Shown one piece after another: positions 1 to 12,396 of a DNA stretch of 64,000 nucleotides. Position 1 is the first letter of the stretch. Each line of letters begins with the position of its first letter. Under the pieces are notes generated by a model. It saw nothing but the letters and a program-made list of their open reading frames with translations, ran no database searches and had not been told where the DNA came from. The stretch is taken from contig NC_043013.1 in the NCBI RefSeq assembly GCF_006345805.1, forward strand, positions 38,936,001 through 39,000,000. The letters are read 5' to 3'. Both the position numbers and the translations under genes were made by a program. The stretch comes from Octopus sinensis. Lineage: Eukaryota.

Positions 1-482
1 TCGCTTGACAACCGATGCTGGCGTGTTTACATCCCTGTAACTTAGCGGTTCGGCAAAAAGTGAATTTAGGCAGCAAAATCACAGCATATCTAATCAGAGG
101 TATAAATAGAGATGTAGTCAAATACAGTAGAGAAAAATTAGTAATAAAAACTGCCTACACTTTCCTATCTTTTACTTGCAAAGTTATCCCTACTGATTCT
201 ATACATTTTACTATCTTGGTTGAAAAATATGAAGGATCATTCGAATGCTCCTTTCATTACTAATTCATATATTATTGTATGAATTTTCTAGATTTGTACC
301 TGTCTATGCCGAATCACTATGAAATTTCAATCTCCAGATTCTCTACAAAAATATAGAGAAACCGATCAGATTAATGTGAGATTGTTTTTATTACAACAAA
401 ACATAAAAACAAACATTATATGTATATATGTATATGTATATCTATATCTATCTATCTATATCTATCTATCTATCTATCTATC

Positions 483-520
<38 letters not shown>

Positions 521-572
521 ATCTATATATATCTATCTATCTACCTACCTATCTATCTATCTATCAATTTTC

Positions 573-648
<76 letters not shown>

Positions 649-673
649 TATATCTATCTATCTATCAATTTTC

Positions 674-706
<33 letters not shown>

Positions 707-708
707 AA

Positions 709-744
<36 letters not shown>

Positions 745-834
745 TCTATATCTATCTATCTATCTATCTATCTACCTATCTATCTATCTATCTATCTGCC
801 TGTCTGTCTATCTATCTATCTATCTATTTATATA

Positions 835-867
<33 letters not shown>

Positions 868-870
<3 letters not shown>

Positions 871-940
871 CGGTTAGCTCAGTCAGTAGAGTACGAGACT
901 CTTAATGTCGGGATCGTGGGTTCGAGTCCCACGTTGAGCA
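868..940 (+). tRNA. tRNA-Lys(CTT)-derived copy, probably a pseudogene or SINE head
   Basis: 73 nt GCCCGGTTAGCTCAGTCAGTAGAG...CTCTTAA...GTGGGTTCGAGTCCCACGTTGAGCA. Anticodon CTT and the T-arm are intact, but there is a C3:A70 mismatch, a G30:G40 mismatch and the D-loop GG is lost. No oligo-T terminator follows. Confidence 0.85.
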
Positions 941-1286
941 CAATATAATTCTATGGTGCTGCTCTAGCATGACCACGGCCGCATGGCTGAAATGAGGTCG
1001 ATGAATTAAGTAACAGCTGCGTACTGGGAACGACCTAATCGACTGGACTCCTTACCAAAGATTTCGGGCCTTGTGCCTCGAGTAGAAAAGATATTTAAGA
1101 GAACCATCAAGCGATGGCATTGTTCAAAATCGAGTTGCAAACGTCAAGCATGTTTGTTTGTGTGTTTATGTTTATGTACGTACTACGTATTAAGAAGAAA
1201 TATGAAAATCATCGTATAAACATATGTTATATGTGTGTGCGTATACACTCATGCACACATCTACCAACACACACGTACGTATGTAC

Positions 1287-1347
<61 letters not shown>

Positions 1348-1441
1348 TAAATTAGAGACAAAACCACTATTATGCAAATCAAACAAAGAAAGACTTAAGC
1401 CAATACATAAAATAATTTATATAATTAAATTTAATTTAAAT

Positions 1442-1495
1442 AACCACTACGATCGTTTCGTGTCAGCACTTCTATGAGACATTCTTCAGGTGGTT
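1442..1495 (-). ncRNA. Minimal type-I hammerhead ribozyme fold
   Basis: Minus strand reads AACCAC-CUGAAGA-A-UGUC..GACA-C-GAAA-C-GAUC-G-UA-GUGGUU: 6-bp stem I, canonical core, palindromic stem III. Confidence 0.8.
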
Positions 1496-1699
1496 TCAAA
1501 ACCTAAAATATAATCAATATTTTTAAGATATAAATAATCTATATAATCTAAATAAAAATTTACTTATAATAAACTCTATTATTAAATATGATTATATAGA
1601 AATCGACTATAATGTTAAATATTAACTTTAATTTATAAGGTAGAAAATCCATATTCTAATATCCATTTTAGTCTATATCTACTTATATAGATATTTGAA

Positions 1700-2270
1700 A
1701 TGACTAATATATATAAATTAAACATATCTAAATACGTACACAAACTCACACACACATATATATATCTATACATACACATAAACATATAGACACAGATATA
1801 TTTATAAAGTAGCCCTATACATCTACACATTGCTTATTCATACTCCCACACACACACATACAATCACTCATTCATAAACATATACTCTCAGTATGACACT
1901 AACACAGAGGAGAAATGACATCCAGTAGCCGCAGATACTCAACCACATACTTATAGAAATATTTCATTCTTAGTAAAATAGTATTAAATACTATATACTA
2001 TATATATGTAATAAACATATATAAATACGTAAACAAACACACACACATATATATATCTATACATACACAAATTTAGTACAATAGTATTAAATACTATATA
2101 CTATATGTATGTAATAAACATATATAAATACGTAAACAAACACACACATATATATCTATACATACACAAATACATATAGACACGGATATGTTTTAAATGC
2201 AGCCCAATATTTCTACACATTAATTATGCATACTCGCACACACACATACAATCACTCATACATAAACGTA
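1700..2270. repeat. Degenerate ~100-bp AT/AC-rich tandem repeat
   Basis: aatagtattaaatactatatactata..taataaacatatataaatacgtaaacaaacacac occurs at about 1975 and 2080, with related units at 1700 and 2140. Confidence 0.75.
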
Positions 2271-2386
2271 TGCACACTGCAATACACTAACACGGAGGAG
2301 GAACAACATATAATATTTTACTATAAAATTGGATTCAATCCTAAATCTGATTTTTCCCTGTAAATTTGGATTTATTCCCTAATATT

Positions 2387-2456
<70 letters not shown>

Positions 2457-2574
2457 TGGGTTCGAGTCCCACGTTGAGCACAATATAATTCTATGGTGCT
2501 GCTCTAGCATGACCATGGCCGCATGGCTGAAACGAGTAAAGAGTAAAAGAATACATACATACATAATACATACA

Positions 2575-2620
<46 letters not shown>

Positions 2621-2766
2621 CAACCCTACCATTTATTGATCTATATATATATATATGAATGTATGTATGTATGTATTATGTATGTATGTATGTATTCTTT
2701 TACTCTTTTACTCGTTTCAGCCATGCGGCCGTGGTCATGCTAGAGCAGCACCATAGAATTATATTG

Positions 2767-2839
2767 TGCTCAACGTGGGACTCGAACCCACGATCCCGAC
2801 ATTAAGAGTCTCGTACTCTACTGACTGAGCTAACCGGGC
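2767..2839 (-). tRNA. Second, identical tRNA-Lys(CTT)-derived copy in inverted orientation
   Basis: Exact reverse complement of 868-940. Confidence 0.85.
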
Positions 2840-2849
2840 ATATATATAT

Positions 2850-2968
<119 letters not shown>

Positions 2969-4390
2969 TAGATATACATATAATGTTTGTTTTCATGTTT
3001 TGTTGTAATAAAAACAATCTCACATTAATCTGATCGGTTTCTCTATATTTTTGTAGAGAATCTGGAGATTGAAATTTCATAGTGATTCGGCATAGACAGG
3101 TACAAATCTAGAAAATTCATACAATAATATATGAATTAGTAATGAAAGGAGCATTCGAATGATCCTTCATATTTTTAACCAAGATAGTAAAATGTATAGA
3201 ATCAGTAGGGATAACTTTGCAAGTAAAAGATAGGAAGTGTAGGCAGTGAGTTTTTATTACTAATTTTTCTCTACTGTATTTGACTACATCTCTATTTATA
3301 CCTCTGATTAGATATGCTGTGATTTTGCTGCTTAAATTCACTTTTCTTCTAACGAAAGGCTACACTGATTGGACAACTTACTTATGTGCTGTCTCATATA
3401 AAGCAAGTTACACAAATCTACTTGTATGAATGCATGTTGACACAATGCACAAAAATGCTTCTAATGAATGCCTATTCTAGAAACAGCTGTAAAGATTTAC
3501 TTGCTTTTTCCTATAAATTACTAGCGAAGTTATCATTCGTGATCCCATGGATCTCTCTCTCTCTCTCTTTCTCTCTCTTTCTTTTTCTTTCGCTCTCTCT
3601 CTCTCTCTCTCTTTTCTCTTTTCTCTCTCTCTCTCTCTCTCTCACTCACATTTACACACACACATACAGAAACAAGCATTTTTCTCTGAAAGAAATCAGT
3701 TGTGTTCAGGTTCTGCGTGAGATGGGCTTCGTCATATCTAAAATGCCAATGACAGAATGGCGTACCTCGTATGAATCCATCAGGATTTGAGAGTCTCCTC
3801 ATTACTACATATACCCAACTAATAAACTGTCACCTGCAAATATATTTTACTTAGTAAACGACAGCCGCAAGAATAAAGCGAACAAACTAGTACCAGATTT
3901 TGTAATCAATCTCAGGCATCTATATTTATTGATTTACTAAGATCCTTGGACCACACCGTATCACACAGTCACACTCACTGGATTAATTCTTCATCCGGTA
4001 GTTCTGCTTTGGCAGGTATACTTGAGATATTCCCAGCGTTAATTCCTGAGGGTAGTCACCAACTGTTGACAAAGATCATCTCGTAAGCTATAAAGGACAG
4101 AGAAACAAAAGACTCTAACCAGAAATTGTTAAGTTTCTAACAATTCCTGATTAAAATGTGTTCCAGCAGAAATGTCCTAATAACATAACAATATTGATCT
4201 CCCTGTCGTCTGCCTGTCACACAGAGTTTTATTTTTATTTCTTTTCTTTAATATGTTGGTGTTCTTTCGTCTTTAAACATACACATATTTCATGATCTAA
4301 TTGTCACATCGTCCTTGATGATTTGATGATTTCAGTGTTTCTCATATTTATATTTTGTTATTTCAGATATCTGTTCACACTGGTTCAACT

Positions 4391-6395
4391 ATGATTCACT
4401 TCAACGTAATTGTATTCCTCCTGGGTCTCTTATCACCATTAGTTTATTCTCATGGTTGTCGTATGGAAGACGACGAATGTGAGTTTAAGCTGGTAATTTC
4501 CTATAAATTAACTATGTTAGTTAATAAGACTTTGGTACTACCCTATAATAGAAAACTCTACAGATATGACGTCACTAATTTTACGGATGCTCAACCGATA
4601 CCAACTGATGAAGTTATTACTATGGATGGTTTCTCTGAGACAGTTATGGTGATTGCAGTTAATGGCACAGTTCCTGGACCAACGATAGAAGTTTATAAAG
4701 GACAAAGAGTCATCATTGAAGTAGAAAACCGATTATTTTCAGAATCTACAACAATACATTGGCACGGCATTCATCAAAAAGGAACACCTCATATGGATGG
4801 CGTACCTTGGGTTTCACAGTGTCCAATTCAACCAGGTCAGTCGTTCAGATATGAATTTAATGTTACACAAACTGGAACCTTTTGGTACCATTCTCATCTT
4901 GGGACACAACGTACGATGGGACTATTTGGTGGTTTTATAATACACGAAAAGACAAAACGTAAAATGGAAGAACATGTGATGTTAATAACAGACTACAACC
5001 ATAACTGGGACTCCGATGTGAGTTATTTAAAAATGGATTTCGGACTCTATTGGAACCGTAAAAACATTGGCAATTCCAAATCTCTAGATGGGGCATTTTT
5101 TAGTCTTTTTAATTTCCATTCTGGTATTGTGAATGGTCGAGGCCGCTATTATGATGAATCAGGGAATCATAATGGGGCTCCACTGACTGTCTTTGAAGTA
5201 GAACAAGGTAAAGAGTATCGTTTTAGAGTGATCGCTGCAGGGTCCCTTTACCCGTTTGAAGTGTCTGTTGATGGTCACCAGATGGTAGTCGTTGCCTCTG
5301 ATGGTTTTGACCTAAAACCAACAGCTGTTGATTATTTCATCCTCAGTCCGGGTGAGAGATTTGACTTTATATTGAAGGCAAATAACTCTGTCGGAAATTA
5401 TTGGATTCGTGGAAAAACAATGGAAAATGAAAAAAATAACACATTTGAAGTAATTCTTCGTTATAAGGGTGCACTGGACGAAGAACCCAACTCCACGGTT
5501 TCTGACTGCGTTCAACAAAAGGACTGCACTTTACTCAACTGCCCCTTTCTTTATTATCCCGAGAAAAGTAATAAACGGTGTTTACAGTTTAATGACTTGG
5601 AACCTGATTACCCTGTTGTTGTACCTCCATACAAGTCTGGGAAGTTTGAAGAATATTTTTTAAATTTTGCTTTTCCTGGTGAGCCAGGATACACACCAGC
5701 ATCAGTAAATGGTCGTGTGTTCGTGGAACCCACGGTAAACCCTTTAACACAACCAAAAGAAATAGATAGTCTGTGTGATAATGCCAATTGCGGTGTTGAT
5801 AAAGTGTGTCGGTGTACTTATTCTATAAACCTGAAATATGGTGATACAATTCAAGTTGTAATGACAAATCTTGGAAAAGGTAAAGGGTTCTCCCACCCTA
5901 TACACATGCATGGACATTCATTTTATGTAGTTAAAATGGGGTTTCCAAAATACAATGAAACAACGGGAGAAATAATAAATGATACTACAGATATTGATTG
6001 CAGAGGTGATCCGAAAATGAACTATTGTAATGATGCGGCTTGGTCAAACAGCAACTGGGAAGGAGACAACATCCCCGGAATGAATTTACAAAAAGCCCCT
6101 CAAAAGGATACAATTATGGTCCCTACAGGTGGATACGTTGTAGTGAGAATAGTGGCCAATAATCCTGGAATATGGATCATGCACTGCCATATTGAATTAC
6201 ACAGTAAGGACGGAATGGCACTGGTTCTAAATGAATCTTATGCCCACTTACCAAAAATCCCTGACAATTTCCCTGCATGTCGAAGTTTCCAGAAAGGAGT
6301 TTATAATGAAGAAACAAAAGGTGTTGGTGATAAAAATGTTAATAATAGCAATACTAACAATTGTGATAAAGGAAACGAAAATACTTCAGAACACG
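4391..6395 (+). CDS. Multicopper oxidase (laccase/ferroxidase-like), main coding exon: signal peptide plus three cupredoxin domains
   Basis: All four MCO Cu-binding motifs are present: TTIHWHG, FWYHSH, HPIHMHGH, WIMHCHIELHSKDGM (T1 axial Met). ATG 4391 starts a hydrophobic leader MIHFNVIVFLLGLLSPLVYS. A splice acceptor ttatttcag|A lies at 4366/4367 upstream of the ATG, and a donor CACG|GTAAG at 6395/6396. Confidence 0.95.
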
Positions 6396-6929
6396 GTAAG
6401 GAATAGTTTTCAATAACTTATAAGGTTGTCCCAAAAGTTCGTAAACACTTGCGAAAATTTGCATTTTTATGCAATTTTTAATTGTTTGTTTGGGTTTATA
6501 TTGTTATAGTTACCTTCATCTTTATATTCCAGATTTACGAACTTTTGGGACAACCTAATATTTTATCGTTTCTCTGCAATCTCGTTTCTTTTCTTTTCTT
6601 TTCTTTTCCTTCTTTCTTTGTTTTTTTTTATATCGTTGTCTTTTATCTTTTTCATGTTTCATTCATTGGAATACAGCCATGCTGAATCACCGCTTTGAAG
6701 GATTTAGTCAAACAAATCAATACTAGCACTCATTTTTAATCCTGGTACTAATTCTATCTGTCGGCTTTTGTGAACCACTGAGTTAAAGGAACATAAACAA
6801 ACCAACTCCGGTTGTCTGATAGGAGACAAATGCTAAGGCGCATACACAGACACACATACACTTACACCTACATATAAATTTATATATTGTTCATGTTAAG
6901 GCGGCGAGCTGGTAGAAAAGTTAGCACGC

Positions 6930-7346
6930 TCTTTCAGCATCGGTTTGATTTTTGAACTCTTCTCGCAAGAAACCATCGAGGTGCTTGAAAAAGTGGTAGT
7001 CGGTAGGAGAAAGGTCTGGGGAATAAGCTGGGTGGAGAAGAACTTCGTAGCCAAGTTCCCTCAACCTCTGGAGCATCATAAATGAAACGTGTGGTCGAGC
7101 ATTGTCATGAAGAATGACTGGCCCTCTTCTGTTGACCAGTCTGGGACGAAGGATTAACAGTGTTTCGTTCATTTTGGCAAGTTCATGGCAATATACTTCT
7201 GCAGTAATGGTTTTTCCGGGTTTTAAGAAGTTATAGTGTACAGCAGTACACCATCAAGAATCACCAAAACATTCTTTTTGAAGAGCTCGTGTTTAGGGAA
7301 GGTTTTTGGTGCTTCATTTTGGTCAACCACTGCGAATAACGTTTTA

Positions 7347-7429
<83 letters not shown>

Positions 7430-7930
7430 GTACAAAATCCACTTTTCATCGCAAGTAACAAAACGGTCGAGAAATTGATCCGTCTGGTTACGGAGAAGAA
7501 GCGAGGAGAAAATTTCATATCTGCGCATTTTTTTGATTTTCATTCAAATCGTGTGGTACCCATTTGTCGAGCTTTTTTAATTCTCCGATCTCATGCAAAT
7601 GGTTGCAGGCAGTTTTCTGGCTAACTTGAAGTTATTTTACCAGTTCTCGAGTGGTTTTACGTGGATCTTTTTCAATGACGGTCTTTAATTGAACGTCATC
7701 GATGACAGATGGGCGTCCACTACGCTCACAGTCTTCAAGGCTCAGGTCTCCACTGCGAAATCGTTTAAACCATTTTCGGGCTGATCACTCACTCATCGTT
7801 TCCTCACCAAACGTTTCGTTGATATCGCGATCAGTTTCAGCTGCTTTACGTCCTTTTTTGAAGTTGCAAAACAAAATTGCTCGAATATCACGCTTTGACA
7901 GTTCCATTTCAGATGATTGTAACCACGTTT
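6930..7930 (-). mobile_element. Decayed mariner transposase with an (AAT)n insertion, inside the oxidase intron
   Basis: Fragments MELSKRDIRAILFCNFKKG (HTH), VTCDEKWILY, LHDNARPH and HPAYSPDLSPTDYHFF. The (TTA)n tract spans about 7345-7428. Confidence 0.9.
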
Positions 7931-8089
7931 TCTTTATTGCCCACAGGGGGCCAAACATAGAGAGACGGTACAAATGAGGGAGGGGTCGATGGTGCGTATA
8001 GTTTTAACAGAGAGATGAAAAATTAAAAATCTATATAATCGAATGATAAACAAATGATAAGCAAAACAAATACTCAATGTAGCGGGGAA

Positions 8090-9150
8090 TGGGTTTTGCC
8101 TCGACCTCACAAGTCCCGTGCCATCACTATAACCTTTAGTATAACCTTATGGATACACTGTGTGGGTTCATTCATTCGCAACAAACTCGCCACAGCCTTC
8201 CATCTTTTTCCATATACATCAGGTGACAGGCATTTTCGCTCCACCCTTATTCTCCTCTTAAGTTAGTAGATGAGGTAATGGACCAGTCCAAGGCTGGAGA
8301 TGAATGTGCCTGTCACGATTCCTTTCACGTGGGTTTTCCATACCGCTTCTTTCTCTATAGCTATCACAGTGAGAAAACAAGCCTTGCCTTCTTTGTTAAA
8401 AGATGAAGGAGGAAAAATCTTTAGTCTACTCGGAAGACAGTTGTACACTTCCCAGTCGTGACAGCAGATGTTCAATGTAAATCCACATCTCAGAGATTTT
8501 GGAGCATTGCACAATTGCGTGCAGAACAATTTCTCTGTCCCGCTCGCATCTTGGGCACATGGGTGTGCAAGGGGCACCATGCCTTGTGAGTTTATCGCTA
8601 ACTGGTAAGACTCATCGGTAACACTGTCAGGCCAGGGATCCTTGGAAGATATCCAAGGTTCCTGGCCCGAATGTAATTCGGAACAGGCCGGCTAGTCGAC
8701 CAGCATGGAAGCCTAGAGTCTCCCTCAAGATGCCGTCACATTGAGCCTCTACCAACCCTCTATAGAAAGACGAGGTGGAACCCCAGCCACTGGCGTTGCT
8801 CGTGTAACAGAGAAGCTTGGATGCCTCACAGCAATCCGTCAAGCACCCAGCTTTGGTCTACAATTGATCCAAGGTCCTAGTTCACTCAAACTAGTAATCT
8901 CAGGAAGTAATGACCGAACAAATGGAGACCACGCCTGTTAACCATCCAGCTGGACCCACAAATGCCTCAGCCTCAGTGCATGTCTGCGCATCAACAGCCA
9001 AGGCGTCCCTAACTCACGCTTTAGCGAGTGCTCGCAGCAGACAGACCGCTTTCCAAGAGGACTTCTATACCTCCAAAAATACCAGCTACTCCAACTTGAT
9101 GAGCCACGAATGGGGGCAAGACACGATGGTTAGGCGGTAGGTAAACACAG
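8090..9150 (-). mobile_element. 3' remnant of an L1/Tx1-type LINE ORF2
   Basis: The minus strand at about 8504-8575 reads CPRCERDREIVLHAIVQC (CCHC knuckle), followed by ...EKEAVWKT...KCLSPDVYGKRW, resembling Tx1/L1 C-termini. Confidence 0.6.
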
Positions 9151-9449
9151 AAACGATAAACACTACTCCTATATATATGTAAATATATATATTATATATA
9201 TATATATATACTACACCAATTTTATATGGAGAATACGTTGTCTATTGACTTTTTATACATGATAGGCCACTGATAGTAAAATTTCTAAAATTTTGCTATC
9301 CTATATTTTATGAATAGAATTTTAGTAATTTCGGAAGTTAATTCGGCATTCTTTCACTTGCTGCCGATTGAAAATTTGATTGAATTTGAAAATTTATAAT
9401 ATATAATGATGGGACACGTAATATTCTGTCTCTAAATTATATGTTAGTG

Positions 9450-9535
9450 TTTTAGCGTAGCCACTGATGAGAACTTCGCCTAGCAAATTATTTTATTTGC
9501 TACTTAGAGTTCGAAATCTAGGTATGGCTGTAAAA
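9450..9535 (+). ncRNA. Type-I hammerhead ribozyme fold with extended stem II, in the oxidase intron on the sense strand
   Basis: UAGCCA-CUGAUGA-GAACUU..(UAGCAAAU/AUUUGCUA hairpin)..GAGUUC-GAAA-U-CUAG-G-UA-UGGCUG. Predicted cleavage is after 9524. Confidence 0.8.
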
Positions 9536-9689
9536 AACAAGGTAAAAGTTTTAATTTTTCATTACCTTCGAAATTGCTCTTAAATGTAGTTTTTGGACGT
9601 TTTGACTACTCCTTCATATTAGGCTGCCTGATAAGGGTCGCCTCTTTTGTGTTTAAATGTGCACTAATTATATATATATATATGTGATC

Positions 9690-9900
9690 TCTTGAGCACC
9701 ACCAGCAAAAATATTTTTTTCCTCTGTTTTCCCTTCTCGGGATCTTTCCTTCTCCTTTGTTTCCGACGAAGAGCTCCGCTCGAAACGTTAAACCCTCCTT
9801 CCCTTCTTTCCTGAGCGTCAAATAATACTTTAATTGTTCCACGTCCTCGCGTTGCTGTGTTTTTTTCTGTGTTTTCTTGTTTGGATTAACTTTATATATA
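9690..9900 (+). mobile_element. Short non-autonomous hammerhead-bearing element (Penelope pLTR or retrozyme-like); related copies at 17345-17600(-), 24185-24412(+) and a diverged one at 15340-15530(+)
   Basis: Shared flanks gatctttccttctcc..[HHR]..cctccttc..ttcctgagcgtc..tgtttggattaact, running into (TA)n. Confidence 0.7.
9759..9793 (+). ncRNA. Ultra-minimal hammerhead-like fold (U4C core variant), in the oxidase intron on the sense strand
   Basis: GUUU-CCGACGA-A-GAGC-UCC-GCUC-GAAA-CG-U-U-AAAC. Confidence 0.6.
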
Positions 9901-10154
9901 TATATATATATGCGATGTTACTGTTGTTTTAGCCCCAAGAGACATTAGGCAGGGTGGGGAGAGCTCCTATCTTTCGATAAAAGAAAATATAGGAGGATCA
10001 GTTAATTATGATTCTGTTTAACGTGTTCTCCTCTCAGATTCATGCAATTATAGCAGTCCTTCAGTTTTTCTAAGCCCTTCAAAAGAACTCGGAAGTTTGG
10101 ACCTCTAGCCGGGCCTTTCGCGATACTCATATAGTCAGGAACTTCTCATCAACT

Positions 10155-10197
<43 letters not shown>

Positions 10198-10475
10198 CGT
10201 ACACGTGAGTGAGTGCGCAAACAAGAAAGTAGCACTCAACACATTGGTTGGATTTTTACTCTTGAAATAAAAGTACCTGTCATGCGACTGTTTCAAACTC
10301 TCTCAGTTTCAACGACTACGCTGAGCAGATCTTGTTGCCAAAGATGATGCAATAATACAAAACGATGAAGCAATACTTGCAATGTAATTATTTCAAACAG
10401 ATAAGGTGAAAAAATGAGAAACCACAAATTACTCATTTTGCCCAGTCACCCATTTTGCTCCTCATCTAATTTATC

Positions 10476-10525
<50 letters not shown>

Positions 10526-10548
10526 ACATATATATATATGCATGTATG

Positions 10549-10610
<62 letters not shown>

Positions 10611-11116
10611 TGTAAACACACACTTGCTCACACATATATATATATAGTAAGTCTCCTGGACTTTACTAACTTCTCATCCTTGGACTCATAGAACCGATGT
10701 TCCGGTTTCCATGTCGTATAAGCGACCAAGAGCACAATATTACCTCTAAATAGGATGCTAGTCCGCCACAGAGTTATTTATGTACAGACGAGTAAACTGG
10801 AGCAAAAGAATGTTTTGCTCAAGAAAACAACGGTCTGGAATCGAAAAGTATCGTCTCTGCGCTCGGTCATATCATTCATTCGTGTATTTATTCATTCTTT
10901 ATCTATTTATATTTCTTTCATTTCCCTGAATAATTTCACCTTATGTTTCTTTATTTCATTGGCTTGCTTATATTTTTCATCATTTTTTATTTTGGGCGCT
11001 TGCATTCAAAATCGCAAGATTTTGAATGCAACCATTGGGCCACGTGCCTTTATACATTGTTGTTTGTATACCTACCTAATAAAGTCCATATCGTTTTTCC
11101 TTCTTTATCTTTTCAG

Positions 11117-11232
11117 CGATAACCGATCCAACAGTAAAAGTGGCACTTGGAGTTCTCATCGGAGTCGTCTGCATTCTGGCTATTCTTGTTGTTGTACTTG
11201 TTTTCATTGTTGTGACGAAAAATAAGAAGTAG
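11117..11232 (+). CDS. Predicted terminal exon of the multicopper oxidase: transmembrane helix plus KNKK stop-transfer tail
   Basis: Polypyrimidine tract plus ttttcag|CG. The phase-1 join G+CG=Ala gives AITDPTVKVALGVLIGVVCILAILVVVLVFIVVTKNKK*. The joined CDS is 2005+116=2121 nt, or 706 aa. Confidence 0.8.
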
Positions 11233-11634
11233 CACTCTAACCCCTTTTAAAGTATATATAATAGGGTAAAGGTGAATGAAAGATGAAATGGTGTGCTGTA
11301 GTGGTTGTAGCAGTACCGGTGCCAGAAGTGTTAACACTTTCGGCACTGGACATGTTAACAATTAAACTTTGATGAGAGTGATTGCAATAACTGTTATTGC
11401 AGCGGGGATTGGGAGTAGTGATAGGTGTAAAATAGATGAGAGTTGCTGCTGTGATAGTTTAGAGCTTTAGAAATACATCAAAACAGTTATTTTATTAAAT
11501 ATTAAAATTATTAAAAAATATTCAAGAGACATAAAATCATCTTGCATTTTTTTACTATTGTTTTCTCAAATTTGAAGACTAAAATATATTTTACAAAATA
11601 TATATATGTGTGTGTGTGTGTACATATACATGTA

Positions 11635-11715
<81 letters not shown>

Positions 11716-11720
11716 GCATG

Positions 11721-11792
<72 letters not shown>

Positions 11793-12298
11793 ATATGTAA
11801 ACACACACTTGCTCACACATATATATATATAGTAAGTCTCCTGGACTTTACTAACTTCTCATCCTTGGACTCATAGAACCGATGTTCCGGTTTCCATGTC
11901 GTATAAGCGACCAAGAGCACAATATTACCTCTAAATAGGATGCTAGTCCGCCACAGAGTTATTTATGTACAGACGAGTAAACTGGAGCAAAAGAATGTTT
12001 TGCTCAAGAAAACAACGGTCTGGAATCGAAAAGTATCGTCTCTGCGCTCGGTCATATCATTCATTCGTGTATTTATTCATTCTTTATCTATTTATATTTC
12101 TTTCATTTCCCTGAATAATTTCACCTTATGTTTCTTTATTTCATTGGCTTGCTTATATTTTTCATCATTTTATTTTGGGCGCTTGCATTCAAAATCGCAA
12201 GATTTTGAATGCAACCATTGGCCACGTGCCTTTATACATTGTTGTTTGTATACCTACCTAATAAAGTCCATATCGTTTTTCCTTCTTTATCTTTTCAG

Positions 12299-12396
12299 CG
12301 ATAACCGATCCAACAGTAAAAGTGGCACTTGGAGTTCTCATCGGAGTCGTCTGCATTCTGGCTATTCTTGTGTTGTACTTGTTTTCATTGTTGTGA
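12299..12396 (+). pseudogene. Duplicate of the TM exon with a 1-nt deletion (frameshift to ...ILVLYLFSLL*)
   Basis: Same acceptor and sequence as 11117-11232, but cttgttgttgta is replaced by cttgtgttgta. Confidence 0.7.

Noticed and set aside
319-905. ORFs rich in IYLS/YI/CV/HT repeats here and throughout the ORF track
   Set aside because: They are translations of (TATC)n, (TA)n, (TG)n and (TACA)n microsatellites, which lack stops in several frames.
868-940. Functional tRNA-Lys gene
   Set aside because: Acceptor and anticodon stem mismatches, loss of the D-loop GG, no oligo-T terminator, and it is followed by a SINE-type tail.
4355-4390. ORF-track start at 4355 (MLFQISVHTGST)
   Set aside because: It uses a TTG inside the intron's pyrimidine tract. 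The acceptor is at 4366 and the signal peptide starts at ATG 4391.
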